From: Desulfuromonadales bacterium
Lineage (GTDB): Bacteria > Desulfobacterota > Desulfuromonadia > Desulfuromonadales > BM103
Length of the DNA stretch: 64,000 nucleotides
Assembly: GCA_027065695.1 (NCBI GenBank)
Contig: JAMONP010000032.1
Span: 20,084-84,083, forward strand
Direction of reading: 5' to 3'
Position 1 is the first letter of the stretch, and each line of letters starts with the position of its first letter. Shown here piece by piece: positions 36,289 to 45,849 of the stretch. The notes beneath the pieces are model-generated. The model was not told where the DNA came from. It was given only the letters and a program-made list of their open reading frames with translations, and ran no database searches. Both the position numbers and the translations under genes were made by a program.

Positions 36289-38712
36289 TCAATTCTGCAG
36301 GGCCTTGAGAAGTTCACTGGAGAGGGTCGCAGAGATATCATCAGAGAGTTTGGTGCGCTCAATATCGATGGTGGAACGGTCGCGGTCAAAAAAGCGTTTA
36401 ACCGGGTACTCAAAATTAAAGGCAGGGACATTCTGATCGGGGCTACGGTAGGCCAGACGAGCCTTACTTCTCAGTTCCGTCCAATTACTACCGGAATCCT
36501 CTACATACGCATAAATTTCACCGATGACATACTTACGAACGGCCAACCATTCTGGCGTGACTTGCTGTAAACCTTTTTTGAGTATGACAAACTGCAGGCT
36601 GAGAGCCTCACCTTTCAGGTTGAGTGTGTCAACGAACTGATCAAAAATACGGGCACGTACTTCTTCAGGGACCATGACGGCAGCAAATGGCAAAACATAA
36701 ACGATTCCCGGCTCCGGCTCCGATTCCGGCAAGAGTTTCGGCAGTTGGGCAGGATCGGTTTTCCTACGCGGCTCAGGTATGGACGCAACAAGCAGCTCAT
36801 CCTCTGCAGCCGTGGTACGCCTTTTGATACGCCCTGGACGGATAACCGGAATACCAGGGGGACGCAGCTCGGGGGGGATATCCGGTTGGGCAACCACAGC
36901 AGCAACGGTGTCTTCGCCAAGGAGAGAGAGGATCTCATCGTCACTTAATGCGTTCTCATTCGCATCTATCACCGGCAGATTTCTTTCTTGCGGCTCGTGA
37001 GCGGGGACGACCTCTGCATAGGCCATGACTTCTTCGATAATTTTCTGTTGTTCATTATCGGCAACAGACTCAGATTCAAAGTCCGGCTCAACCGAAGTGT
37101 CCATGGGTAGCTCCGGCTCGCGGGGAATAACAGTCTCAACAAAAGAAGGCACTTCAGGTTGGTCCACATTTGGAAGCGCAACTGGTTCCGGGACAACCGC
37201 GGCCGGTGGCAATGGCGGTACGGCTGCCATCACAGGTTCATCTGGAACCGGCTCAGGAACAATTCTTTTAGGCATTACAACAGGGACGGCTGAAACTACA
37301 GGAGGCTCAACAGGCACAACAAGTTCCGGGACAACTGCGGCCTGTGGCAATGGCGGTGCTGCTGCCATCACAGGTTCATATGGAACCAGCTCAGGAACAA
37401 TTCTTTTAGGTGTAACAACAGGGACGGCAGAAACGACAGGGGGCTCAACAGGCGCTGTCTTGAGAGCTGGTAGTGATGAATCAAGGCTAGACATCTCAGG
37501 CACTGGCAGAGCTGGAGTCGGCACATCGGTCTCCGGGAGCCTCGGCAGTGCTTTTACGATAACTTCCGACGGAGCCAGAGGCTTTATCAGCTCAGCATAG
37601 ACAGGAGGAGACAAGCGTTTCTGAGGTTGGTCTATAACAGCAGGCTGAGCTACTACGGGGGCATGGCCCGAGACGCCATTCGGGACGAGAACTTCGCTGA
37701 TTTTCAACCCTGCCAAAAGGGCCTGTCCTTCAGCGGTTAGTGCCATATCAAGGAAAACACGTTGCAGTTGTGTTTGTACTTCCTCAGCCTGACCACGCCG
37801 CACGACAACTAACTCTGCCGACTCCTCCCCCGGTCTATCAGTGCGAAAGAGTTTTACAACCGGCTGATAATCTCTACCCAGGTTTGCCTTGGCAATGGCA
37901 GGTGACAATACAGCAATATCAATCATACGATGACGCATAAACCATTCAGTGAAGGTTTCAATACGGGTAAAATCCCTGACCTTAACTGACACCGGAAGCA
38001 CCTCCTCGAGATAAGCGACCAAAGACGCAGCCTGCTCTGAGGTTTGCAGCAAACCTCTTGGATCAGGGACCACGCCGAGAACCAGCTTTTTTAAAAGCGG
38101 CTCGTCGCTTGGCAGGATATCGCGGTATACTCTCTCTTCCTGCGGAGCCCACGCCCGACCAGGACGTAAGAGTGGTACATGCTGTGGTTCAGCCTGGCTG
38201 GCAATCACCTCGTCGATAGTTGTTGGCTTCAGCTCAACAGAAGGTGGACTTTCCTCCTCAACCTGTTTTGCCTGCGACTTAATTGTTGCAGACAATTTCC
38301 AGGGGACAAAACCAGACTCTCGGACAACTCTGGCGACCCGTTGCGGCAGATCCCCTTCGGCACCTCGCCGAGAGACCAGGTTGAACTTACCTTGTTCATC
38401 AACCGACCCAAGGAGAAGAAACTTGCCGCGATTACTCTCAATGGCTTTGGCAGAGAGCAGGGCCAGGTCAAGGGCGGCAAAACGATCAAGCCAATTAATC
38501 AAGGTGGCAGAATCAGACATCTCCTTGACAACAACCTTTTCCTGAAGTTTCTCTGCAAGCATGCTTGCCAGGGTACGGACCTGCTCTGAACTTATTTCAC
38601 CGGAGGCTTCATCTGTACCGACTAACACACCAAGCGTAAGACGTGCCTCGGCCGGGCTGGAAACCAGCAGGCAGACCAGGAACAGGAGTATGAAAATAAA
38701 GTGTCTTTTCAT
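36289..38712 (-). CDS. Secreted 807-aa protein: two PhnD-like periplasmic-binding-type domains, a Pro/Val-rich repeat linker and an unassigned C-terminal domain
   Basis: ORF 36289..38784 trimmed to the ATG at 38712, which gives a canonical signal peptide (MKRHFIFILLFLVCLLVSSPAEA). There are two similar modules (LTLGVLVG...ALDLALLSAKA and LVLGVVPD...IDIAVLSPAIA). The PhnD-like call comes from pattern recognition only. Confidence 0.65.
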   Translation of the reverse strand: MKRHFIFILLFLVCLLVSSPAEARLTLGVLVGTDEASGEISSEQVRTLASMLAEKLQEKVVVKEMSDSATLINWLDRFAALDLALLSAKAIESNRGKFLLLGSVDEQGKFNLVSRRGAEGDLPQRVARVVRESGFVPWKLSATIKSQAKQVEEESPPSVELKPTTIDEVIASQAEPQHVPLLRPGRAWAPQEERVYRDILPSDEPLLKKLVLGVVPDPRGLLQTSEQAASLVAYLEEVLPVSVKVRDFTRIETFTEWFMRHRMIDIAVLSPAIAKANLGRDYQPVVKLFRTDRPGEESAELVVVRRGQAEEVQTQLQRVFLDMALTAEGQALLAGLKISEVLVPNGVSGHAPVVAQPAVIDQPQKRLSPPVYAELIKPLAPSEVIVKALPRLPETDVPTPALPVPEMSSLDSSLPALKTAPVEPPVVSAVPVVTPKRIVPELVPYEPVMAAAPPLPQAAVVPELVVPVEPPVVSAVPVVMPKRIVPEPVPDEPVMAAVPPLPPAAVVPEPVALPNVDQPEVPSFVETVIPREPELPMDTSVEPDFESESVADNEQQKIIEEVMAYAEVVPAHEPQERNLPVIDANENALSDDEILSLLGEDTVAAVVAQPDIPPELRPPGIPVIRPGRIKRRTTAAEDELLVASIPEPRRKTDPAQLPKLLPESEPEPGIVYVLPFAAVMVPEEVRARIFDQFVDTLNLKGEALSLQFVILKKGLQQVTPEWLAVRKYVIGEIYAYVEDSGSNWTELRSKARLAYRSPDQNVPAFNFEYPVKRFFDRDRSTIDIERTKLSDDISATLSSELLKALQN
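37185..37457. repeat. Tandem duplication, 2 x 138 bp (46 codons), inside the Pro-rich linker
   Basis: Units start at 37185 and 37323 (GTTCCGGGACAAC[CT]GCGGCC...). I estimate about 90 percent identity by eye. They encode ...VEPPVVSAVPVV[TM]PKRIVPE[LP]VP[YD]EPVMAA[AV]PPLP.... Confidence 0.85.
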
Positions 38713-38719
38713 GACAGGT

Positions 38720-39676
38720 TTAAGCCACCAGAGCCCCAGCGCAGGAAGAACCACAGCCAGCAGTGCAGCCGAAACAGTGTTCACCGGTAACTATGGCGCG
38801 ACCCTGCAACTGGCCTGGCTCAAGTTCGTCAATATGGCCCGGCAAGTTCCCGGCAAGAGTGAGCCCCAAAGCACTGTTGAAGTCACAATCGGCCAGAGAG
38901 CCATCCCAGGAGATACATATCTGGTGTCGGCACATCAGCCCATCCAGAGTCTCCTGATTGAAACTCTCTTCGAGCAAAGACTGGTAGTTTTCCGCCTGGC
39001 CGTCGCGTTGCAAATCACTCAGGAAGCGCCCCATCGGCATATTGATAATTGTCAGCAGTCGCGTAAAATCTACGTTGAAACGATCTTTAAGCTCTTTCCG
39101 GTAAGTGTCTTCCAGTGTCATCTGGTCAGGAGGCAGAAAAGCCCCGCCAGGATTATAGACAAGATTCAATGGCAGTTCCTGCTGCAGGCCATAACCAAGG
39201 CTGTTCAACCGGCGTAGCGCAGCAATGCTACGTTTATAAACACCATTGCCACGCTGATTATCGACATTGTCGTCAAGATAACAGGGCAGCGAGGCAACCA
39301 GATGGACGCCTTGACTGGCCAGGAGTTCCGGGGTATCTGCCTGCCCGGCTTCGAAGAAAACCGTCAGGTTGGTTCGTACCTGTACCGGGTTGCCCATGTC
39401 ACAGAGAGTGTTGACAAACTGCCTGAAAAATGGGTTTAGTTCAGGAGCGCCTCCGGTCAAGTCGATCCGGGCCCAGGGCATGGCTTCTGCCAGATGTAAA
39501 ACACTCTGCATTGTTTCCCAGGTCATGACTTCCGTTCGCTGGGGAGAGCCCTCTACATGACAATGATGACAGCTCAGATTGCAAAGTAGACCAAGGTTGA
39601 TCTGAATCGTCTGCACCGCGGAACTCGCCAACTCCTCCCCCAGAACCTGGCAGACAGATTGATTGAAGTTAGTCAT
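38720..39676 (-). CDS. Radical SAM / Cys-rich C-terminal domain protein (ArsS-like family)
   Basis: Has a CNLSCHHCH cluster motif. The C-terminal motif CFGCTAGCGSSCAGAL is characteristic of the ArsS / rSAM-Cys-rich family. Confidence 0.8.
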   Translation of the reverse strand: MTNFNQSVCQVLGEELASSAVQTIQINLGLLCNLSCHHCHVEGSPQRTEVMTWETMQSVLHLAEAMPWARIDLTGGAPELNPFFRQFVNTLCDMGNPVQVRTNLTVFFEAGQADTPELLASQGVHLVASLPCYLDDNVDNQRGNGVYKRSIAALRRLNSLGYGLQQELPLNLVYNPGGAFLPPDQMTLEDTYRKELKDRFNVDFTRLLTIINMPMGRFLSDLQRDGQAENYQSLLEESFNQETLDGLMCRHQICISWDGSLADCDFNSALGLTLAGNLPGHIDELEPGQLQGRAIVTGEHCFGCTAGCGSSCAGALVA

Positions 39677-39701
39677 AAATGCTCCGTACTTGACCTGACC
39701 G

Positions 39702-40715
39702 CTATACTGGTTCTAGCAGACTATGCAAACGGTTAAGTTCGGCAACCAACTTACCGAAACCATCACCCGTGAGGCTCTGTGCACCATCGCAGAGGGCCCG
39801 ATCCGGGTCCGGATGGACCTCCACCATAATCCCGTGCGCACCGACCACAATCGCCGCCTTGGCCATTGGTCCGACCAGACTGCGTCGTCCGGTTGCATGG
39901 CTGGGATCGACAATAATCGGCAGATGACTCATTTCTCGAATCAGGGGGACAACGCTCAAGTCCAGGGTGTTACGAGTGGCTTTTTCAAAGGTCCGGATAC
40001 CTCTTTCACAGAGAATGACGCGCGGATTACCTTCGGCAAGGATATACTCAGCAGCAGAAAGGAATTCCTCGATGGTGGCACACATACCCCGCTTGAGCAG
40101 AATTGGATGACCGCTCTTGCCCGCTTCCTTGAGTAGATCAAAGTTTTGCATGTTGCGAGCACCGATCTGTAAAACATCCGCATAACGGCAGATCGTTTCA
40201 AGCTGTTCAATCCGCATAACCTCGGTAATAACCGGGAGACCTTCCGCATCACCAGCCTGACGTAAGTATTTCAGCCCCTCAACACCCAGACCCTGGAAGC
40301 TATGCGGACCAGTACGCGGCTTGAAAGCTCCGCCACGCAGCATTTGCGCACCGTGTTCCTTAACCATCCGAGCAGCAGCCAGCATCTGCTCCTCGCTCTC
40401 CACCGAACAAGGACCGGCAATCAGCACTGGTGGATGACCATCACCAAACATGACACCGCCAGCGTCAACAACCGTAGGCTGGGGATGAAAGTCGCGTGAG
40501 ACCAGCTTGTAGGGTTTACTGACATGGATAACTTCACGAACCCCGGGGAGTTCACGAATCGCGGTATCATCAACATACCCCTGGTTACCAAGGACGCCGA
40601 TAGCAGTCCTTAAGCTACCGGGAATCGGTTCAGCGGTCAGGCCCATGGCTTCGACAGCATCAGTAACCGCCAGAACCTGTTCATCCGTCGCCGAATGATG
40701 CATAACTATCAGCAT
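39702..40715 (-). CDS. aroF: 3-deoxy-7-phosphoheptulonate (DAHP) synthase, type I-beta with an N-terminal regulatory ferredoxin-like domain
   Basis: An N-terminal domain of about 65 aa is followed by [21 protein letters not shown] and DPSH motifs. Confidence 0.9.
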   Translation of the reverse strand: MLIVMHHSATDEQVLAVTDAVEAMGLTAEPIPGSLRTAIGVLGNQGYVDDTAIRELPGVREVIHVSKPYKLVSRDFHPQPTVVDAGGVMFGDGHPPVLIAGPCSVESEEQMLAAARMVKEHGAQMLRGGAFKPRTGPHSFQGLGVEGLKYLRQAGDAEGLPVITEVMRIEQLETICRYADVLQIGARNMQNFDLLKEAGKSGHPILLKRGMCATIEEFLSAAEYILAEGNPRVILCERGIRTFEKATRNTLDLSVVPLIREMSHLPIIVDPSHATGRRSLVGPMAKAAIVVGAHGIMVEVHPDPDRALCDGAQSLTGDGFGKLVAELNRLHSLLEPV

Positions 40716-40891
40716 AAGAAAGACTCCTCAAGATCTTGTTTTTTCCTTAAAAGCTTACAGCCTACTTTGGCAAAGAGATGATTTCAAGCTCTTTCCCATT
40801 TTCCTGGCTTGGCGAACAGCTTAATTTTCGCTATGCTGTCCGCATAGAAGGAGAGAGACCCTTAAGAGGAATTTCAAGAATAACCAGGCAA

Positions 40892-41605
40892 ATGGGACAT
40901 AAGATGACACAACGAATTATTCCGATCCATTCCCCTAACTTTATTACAGACAAAACTCTGGACAGTCCCATGGACTGGACAGCCATCTTTGGTAACAGCC
41001 ATCCCCTGGCCCTGGAAATTGGTTGTGGTATTGGCCACTTTGTCCTTGAGCAGGCCCTCAAGCAACCGGAGATCAACTTCCTGGCCATTGATATCTACAA
41101 TAAGGGGTGCTTAAAAACCTGCGCCAAAATTGACGACGCAGGCTTAGACAATGTTCGTGTCATGCGCGTTGAAGCCCGTTGGCTGATGGCAAAGGGCCTA
41201 CAACCGGAGAGTCTCGAAGCCGTCTATATCAACTGCCCGGACCCATGGCCGAAGAAGCGACATCGACGCAGGCGTCTGGTCAACCGGGATTTTCTCGAAA
41301 CCCTGGCTCACTACCTGAAACCAGGCGGTGATTTCTTTTTCAGTACTGATTTTGATGATTATGCCGAAGATGTCGCTGCACAAATTTGTGGTTTGACCGG
41401 TTATCACAACAAGCTGCAATCAGACTGGGTACACACCATGCCCGGTTATCCGATTTCCAAATATATGCAGCGTTTTCTCGACAAGGGCCAGCATATCTAT
41501 TTTATTCACCATCAACGTGATACGGCCGTATCACGCCACGAGCTGCCCGCAACATCTGTGCAACGCGGCTTTCGTGTCGACTGGCAAAAGGCGGAAAATG
41601 ACTGA
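40892..41605 (+). CDS. trmB: tRNA (guanine46-N7)-methyltransferase TrmB
   Basis: Motifs LEIGCGIGHF and NCPDPWPKKRHRRRRL. The start is uncertain: ATG 40892 or 40904, and the longest ORF begins at 40778. Confidence 0.88.
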   Translation: MGHKMTQRIIPIHSPNFITDKTLDSPMDWTAIFGNSHPLALEIGCGIGHFVLEQALKQPEINFLAIDIYNKGCLKTCAKIDDAGLDNVRVMRVEARWLMAKGLQPESLEAVYINCPDPWPKKRHRRRRLVNRDFLETLAHYLKPGGDFFFSTDFDDYAEDVAAQICGLTGYHNKLQSDWVHTMPGYPISKYMQRFLDKGQHIYFIHHQRDTAVSRHELPATSVQRGFRVDWQKAEND

Positions 41606-42800
41606 CTTTCTCACCTCACAACTCCCAGGCACTGATGGCGTCATCCGCCAGCAACCAGAAGATTTTCAAGTAGAAGAGATCCCTCTTTACGAACCCTGCG
41701 GAGCAGGCGACCATCTCTATGTGAGCGTAGAAAAATGTGGGCTGACGACTTACGACTTGCTTCGCGAACTGGCCAATGCTCTCAACTGCAAGGAGCGCGA
41801 CCTTGGTTATGCCGGGCTCAAAGACGCCAAGGCAATTACCCGGCAGACTGTCTCCGTGCCATTACGCAAACCTGATGACGTCAAAGGACTGGAGATACCC
41901 GGTGTAACTATCCTTTCAGCGTGCCTGCATCGCAATAAACTGCGCCCCGGCCACCTGGCGGGAAATCATTTCCGAATTCGCATCCATCAACCGAACCCGG
42001 ATGGCCTGCAGCGTGCCAAAGCAATTCTCGACATGCTGGAGAAGGCAGGCGTCCCAAATCGCTTTGGCGATCAACGTTATGGCGCTCTGGGCAATTCCCA
42101 CCTCATCGGCAGGGCGATCCTTCGTGACGATTACAGCGCTGCCATTGACGAAATTATTGGCGACCCGACAAAGATCATCCACGCTGGCTGGCAACAGGCG
42201 GCCGAAGCCTACCACAGTGGCGATATGGAGACAGCGATCACCAAACTTCCTCGTCACTGCAGACCGGAACGTCGTCTGCTCGAAATGATCAGTGGCGGTA
42301 AGAGCTCACGCAAGGCTGTCCGTGCCATGCCCCGCAAACTGCTGAGGCTCTATCTTTCGGCGTACCAGTCAAGCCTATTTGATCGTCTGGTCGATATGCG
42401 TCTGACCAACCTGAAACAGATCTTACTCGGTGACCTGGCGTACAAACATATCAATGGCGCCTGCTTTCTGGTAACCGATCCAGCGGTAGACCAGGCACGC
42501 GTCGAGAGCTTTGAAATCAGTCCAACCGCGCCTCTTTATGGCTATAAAACCAAACTTGCCGAAGGTCAAACCGGTTTGCTAGAGCAGAGTCTCCTCGACA
42601 AAGAACAACTCACTTTAGAGTCGTTCAATCTCTCTGGAGGATTGGCCATGGCAGGGGAACGGCGTCCTTTGCGGGTGCCGATACAAGCGCCGGAATGCAT
42701 TATGGATGGAGATGATTTACAGCTCTCCTTTTCACTGCCGAAAGGCTGCTTCGCAACAACCGTGCTTGCTGAAGTTATGAAAACAGAGGCCCCTGCTTGA
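41598..42800 (+). CDS. truD: tRNA pseudouridine(13) synthase TruD
   Basis: ORF trimmed to the ATG at 41598, which overlaps the trmB stop (ATGACTGA). Motifs PEDFQVEEIP, YAGLKDAKAITRQ and NRFGDQRYG. Confidence 0.9.
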   Translation: MTDFLTSQLPGTDGVIRQQPEDFQVEEIPLYEPCGAGDHLYVSVEKCGLTTYDLLRELANALNCKERDLGYAGLKDAKAITRQTVSVPLRKPDDVKGLEIPGVTILSACLHRNKLRPGHLAGNHFRIRIHQPNPDGLQRAKAILDMLEKAGVPNRFGDQRYGALGNSHLIGRAILRDDYSAAIDEIIGDPTKIIHAGWQQAAEAYHSGDMETAITKLPRHCRPERRLLEMISGGKSSRKAVRAMPRKLLRLYLSAYQSSLFDRLVDMRLTNLKQILLGDLAYKHINGACFLVTDPAVDQARVESFEISPTAPLYGYKTKLAEGQTGLLEQSLLDKEQLTLESFNLSGGLAMAGERRPLRVPIQAPECIMDGDDLQLSFSLPKGCFATTVLAEVMKTEAPA

Positions 42801-42900
42801 GATTGGCAAAGCCTTTGCGTTTAGTTTGCACTGATTAAAAGGGTTGCGCTAAACATTAAAGAGCCGTTCCCAGGTGTTAACTAATCAGGAGTTCAAGGTC

Positions 42901-43230
42901 ATGTCGCAAACCAATGGACAGAAGCCCCTCAGCAGGGAAGATCTCCGCATAAACTTCTTCCGCCCACGTCCCGGTTTCATGCGTAGAGAGGTCATAATCA
43001 TCTGGATCACTCTTGCTGCCTGGGCAATCATGATTTTCGGCATGCCGGTTTACCTGGCAATAACTTACAGCTACTCAGCCAGCACCCTGGCTGAAGTTTC
43101 TTACACCTTTGGCGTTCCATCCTATTTCTGGTTCAGTAGCCAATTTCTGATTCTCTGGTTTGTTTTCCTCTGTTTTTCTTTTAACGTCCTGATCGACTGG
43201 CTGAGCTCCAGTTACCGTAAACGACGCTAA
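42901..43230 (+). CDS. Small membrane subunit associated with a sodium:solute symporter (DUF4212-like)
   Basis: About 109 aa from the ATG at 42901, with two TM helices. It ends 3 nt before the symporter gene, which is the typical pairing. Confidence 0.65.
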   Translation: MSQTNGQKPLSREDLRINFFRPRPGFMRREVIIIWITLAAWAIMIFGMPVYLAITYSYSASTLAEVSYTFGVPSYFWFSSQFLILWFVFLCFSFNVLIDWLSSSYRKRR

Positions 43231-43233
43231 ATA

Positions 43234-44757
43234 ATGATAGAATCCTCGTTTAAATACACACCGTTTTTCATGCTGATCGGTGCTCTCGTTATCTCTCTGG
43301 TTATTGGTATGCTTGCGCGACGGCACAATAAGGGTGGCTATGGTACCCAGGTGCGTTCGATCGGCCACGCCAAGATCGGTGCCGCAATTGCTTCAAACTG
43401 GATGAGCGCTGCATCCTTCCTCGGCATTGCCGGAGTCTTTTTCCTGCAAGGCTATTTTGCCTTCGCCTATATTCTCGGCTGGACAGGAGGCTATATTCTG
43501 TTGCTGGTTCTCATGGGCAGTCAGATCCGTCGGTTCGGCAAGTATACAGCTCCAGACTTTGTCGAGGCACGTTACGACTCTTCAGTGGCCCGGGTTTTTT
43601 CTGCCATTATCGCAATTGTCATCGCCCTGATCTACTGTGTTGCCCAATACAAAGGAATTGGTCTCATCTTCGCCTGGATGTTCGGTATCGACTACACCCA
43701 GGCTCTGCTTTTCGGCATCCTGGTAACATTTGTATTCATTACCGTTGCAGGAGCTTTAAAAGCTACACGCAATCTGCAGATGCACTACCTGGTCTTGATA
43801 CTCTCTTTCGTCATTCCACTGATGCTGATCGCAAAAAAATTGGGTTACAACTGGTTGTTTCCCCAATTCAGCTACGGCAGGGCCCTGCAAGACCTGCCGG
43901 AGAAAATTTCCAGTGATTATCTTTTTCCCTGGACCTTCGGCACACCCTACGAGTGGATAGCACTCTGTTTCACTCTGATGGTCGGAACTGCGGGGCTGCC
44001 ACATGTACTTTCACGTTTCTATACGGTCCCTAATAACCGTGACGCCCGCTGGGGTGTGGTCTGGGGGCTCTTCTTTATCGGCCTGCTCTACTGGAGCGCA
44101 CCGGCTTTTGGAGCTTTCGCCCAAAGCTGGCTGGTGACATCTGGCACCACTCTTGATCCGACTGCAGCTAAGGCTCTGGCAGACATTATCGTCATCAAAA
44201 CCGCCGAGTGGGTTGGACTCAACAGCATCCTGGTCAGCATTCTAGCCGTCGGCGGCGTCCTCGTGGCTATCAGTACAATTATTGGCTTACTGGTCTCAGC
44301 TGCCGGAGTAGTTTCCTATGATATCTATTATCGCTTGATCAATCCCAACGCCAGCGAACGCCGTCTGACGCTGGTCGCCAAAATCGTAACCCTGATTCTC
44401 GCTCTTCTGGTCCTGGTTATTGCCGTCAATCCTCCCGGATTGATCGCCCAGATCACAGCAGTCGCCTTTGCCCTGGCTGGCAACACCCTCTTTCCGGTAT
44501 TCCTGCTGGGCATCTGGTGGGACAGGACCAACAAACACGGAGCCATTGCCGGCATGCTGGTTGGGACCATCATCACCTTTGCGCCAATTCTGCTCGGCAG
44601 TCTGATCCCAATACTACCCAAGGTGCTGCCGCCGACATCATCAGCTCTTATCGGTGCACCTGTTGTCATTCTGACAATGATTATTGTTTCCCGCCTGACA
44701 CCGCCTCCACCAGAACATCTGAGGCGTTTCCTGGTTGAGAAGGTTCACAGCCCCTAA
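43234..44757 (+). CDS. Sodium:solute symporter (SSS) family transporter
   Basis: 507 aa with about 13 TM helices and SSS-type sequence (GHAKIGAAIASNWMSAASFLGIAG). The substrate cannot be read from the sequence. An acetate/monocarboxylate role is only a guess by analogy. Confidence 0.85.
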   Translation: MIESSFKYTPFFMLIGALVISLVIGMLARRHNKGGYGTQVRSIGHAKIGAAIASNWMSAASFLGIAGVFFLQGYFAFAYILGWTGGYILLLVLMGSQIRRFGKYTAPDFVEARYDSSVARVFSAIIAIVIALIYCVAQYKGIGLIFAWMFGIDYTQALLFGILVTFVFITVAGALKATRNLQMHYLVLILSFVIPLMLIAKKLGYNWLFPQFSYGRALQDLPEKISSDYLFPWTFGTPYEWIALCFTLMVGTAGLPHVLSRFYTVPNNRDARWGVVWGLFFIGLLYWSAPAFGAFAQSWLVTSGTTLDPTAAKALADIIVIKTAEWVGLNSILVSILAVGGVLVAISTIIGLLVSAAGVVSYDIYYRLINPNASERRLTLVAKIVTLILALLVLVIAVNPPGLIAQITAVAFALAGNTLFPVFLLGIWWDRTNKHGAIAGMLVGTIITFAPILLGSLIPILPKVLPPTSSALIGAPVVILTMIIVSRLTPPPPEHLRRFLVEKVHSP

Positions 44758-44840
44758 AGAGAAGCATGACCAGCATTGACCTCCATGTTGGCCTTGCTGT
44801 AACGTGCCGAAAAATTAAAATGACGTTTTATTGTAGCCTA

Positions 44841-45002
44841 GCAGCCTGCCGGACTATCAATAAACTGGCTGCAAATTCGTCTGTTTGGTCCATATTTCAG
44901 CTCCTTTTCGACCAATAGCTACGGCTATTATTCTCAAATGAGCCAAAATCTGACCTCAAACATGCAAATTTTCGCTTCAGCCCTGATTGTCCGACAGGCT
45001 GC
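44841..45002. repeat. Long form (162 bp) of the nested palindromic MITE-like family
   Basis: The outer arms are GCAGCCTGCCGGAC... and ...GTCCGACAGGCTGC. An inner core of about 95 bp has its own inverted repeats (TTTCAGCTC ... GAGCCAAAA) and a central AATAGCTACGGCTATT. Confidence 0.8.
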
Positions 45003-45018
45003 TTGACGATTTTATAGA

Positions 45019-45836
45019 ATGAAGTTGATCTTATCCGCAGGCAGTCTTTATACCTTACCGTCGACCCAGGTCTTTGAAATGGCCAGGAATGTCGGTTTTG
45101 ACGGCATGGAAGTCATCATTAACCATGACTATGCCAGCTCGAAGCACCTCGAACACTTACAGGAGTTACAAAGCATCTTCCCGGTGCACTCCATTCATGC
45201 CCCTTTCTTTGATATCGTTGGTTGGGGCGACAAGATGGATCAGTTAAAACGGTGCGCAGAACTGGCGTTGAATGCTGAAGTTCCCCTGATCAACTTTCAC
45301 CCGCCTAACTGGCTTTTTTTTGAATTCAAGTTCTGGAAATGGCTAAAAAAATCAAAGACTTCCAGTCTGAGATCGGCCAGGATGGTGTCCTGATTACCAT
45401 TGAAAACATGCCGTGTCTGCCGCAGTTCATCAAAGTGAATCCCTACATGCTGGCAAAGATCGACAGCATGGTGCATTTCATGGAGGAACGAAACCTCTAC
45501 ATGACCTTTGATACCGCTCACAGCGGTTCGATGAATACCGATTTTCTCGGTGACTTCCACCAATATTATGACTCGGGCCGAATGCGCAATATACATTTCT
45601 CCGACTACGGCAACGGCCAGGAGCACCTTCTGCCAGGTCATGGCGCTCTCCCCCTGACCCGTTTTCTCAATCACCTGAAAGAAACCGGCTACAACCACGC
45701 ACTGGTTCTGGAACTCTCACCTCACGAGTTCCCGGAAGAACCGGAAATGATCGAGGAAACCTTAATTGAAATCTTTGAATATCTATGCCAGGAGACCAGG
45801 CATCCTTCACCCATGAGGGGGAAAACGGCAGGATAA
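45019..45836 (+). pseudogene. Xylose-isomerase-like TIM-barrel (sugar phosphate isomerase/epimerase family) gene split at an A7 run
   Basis: ORF 45019..45393 is the N half and ORF 45339..45836 (-1 frame) is the C half (ITIENMP, DTAHSG, HFSDY...GHG). Reading one A of 45345-45351 twice gives a continuous 272-aa protein (...KFWKWLKKIKDFQSEIG...). Confidence 0.8.
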
Positions 45837-45849
45837 AGTTAAAGCTGAA

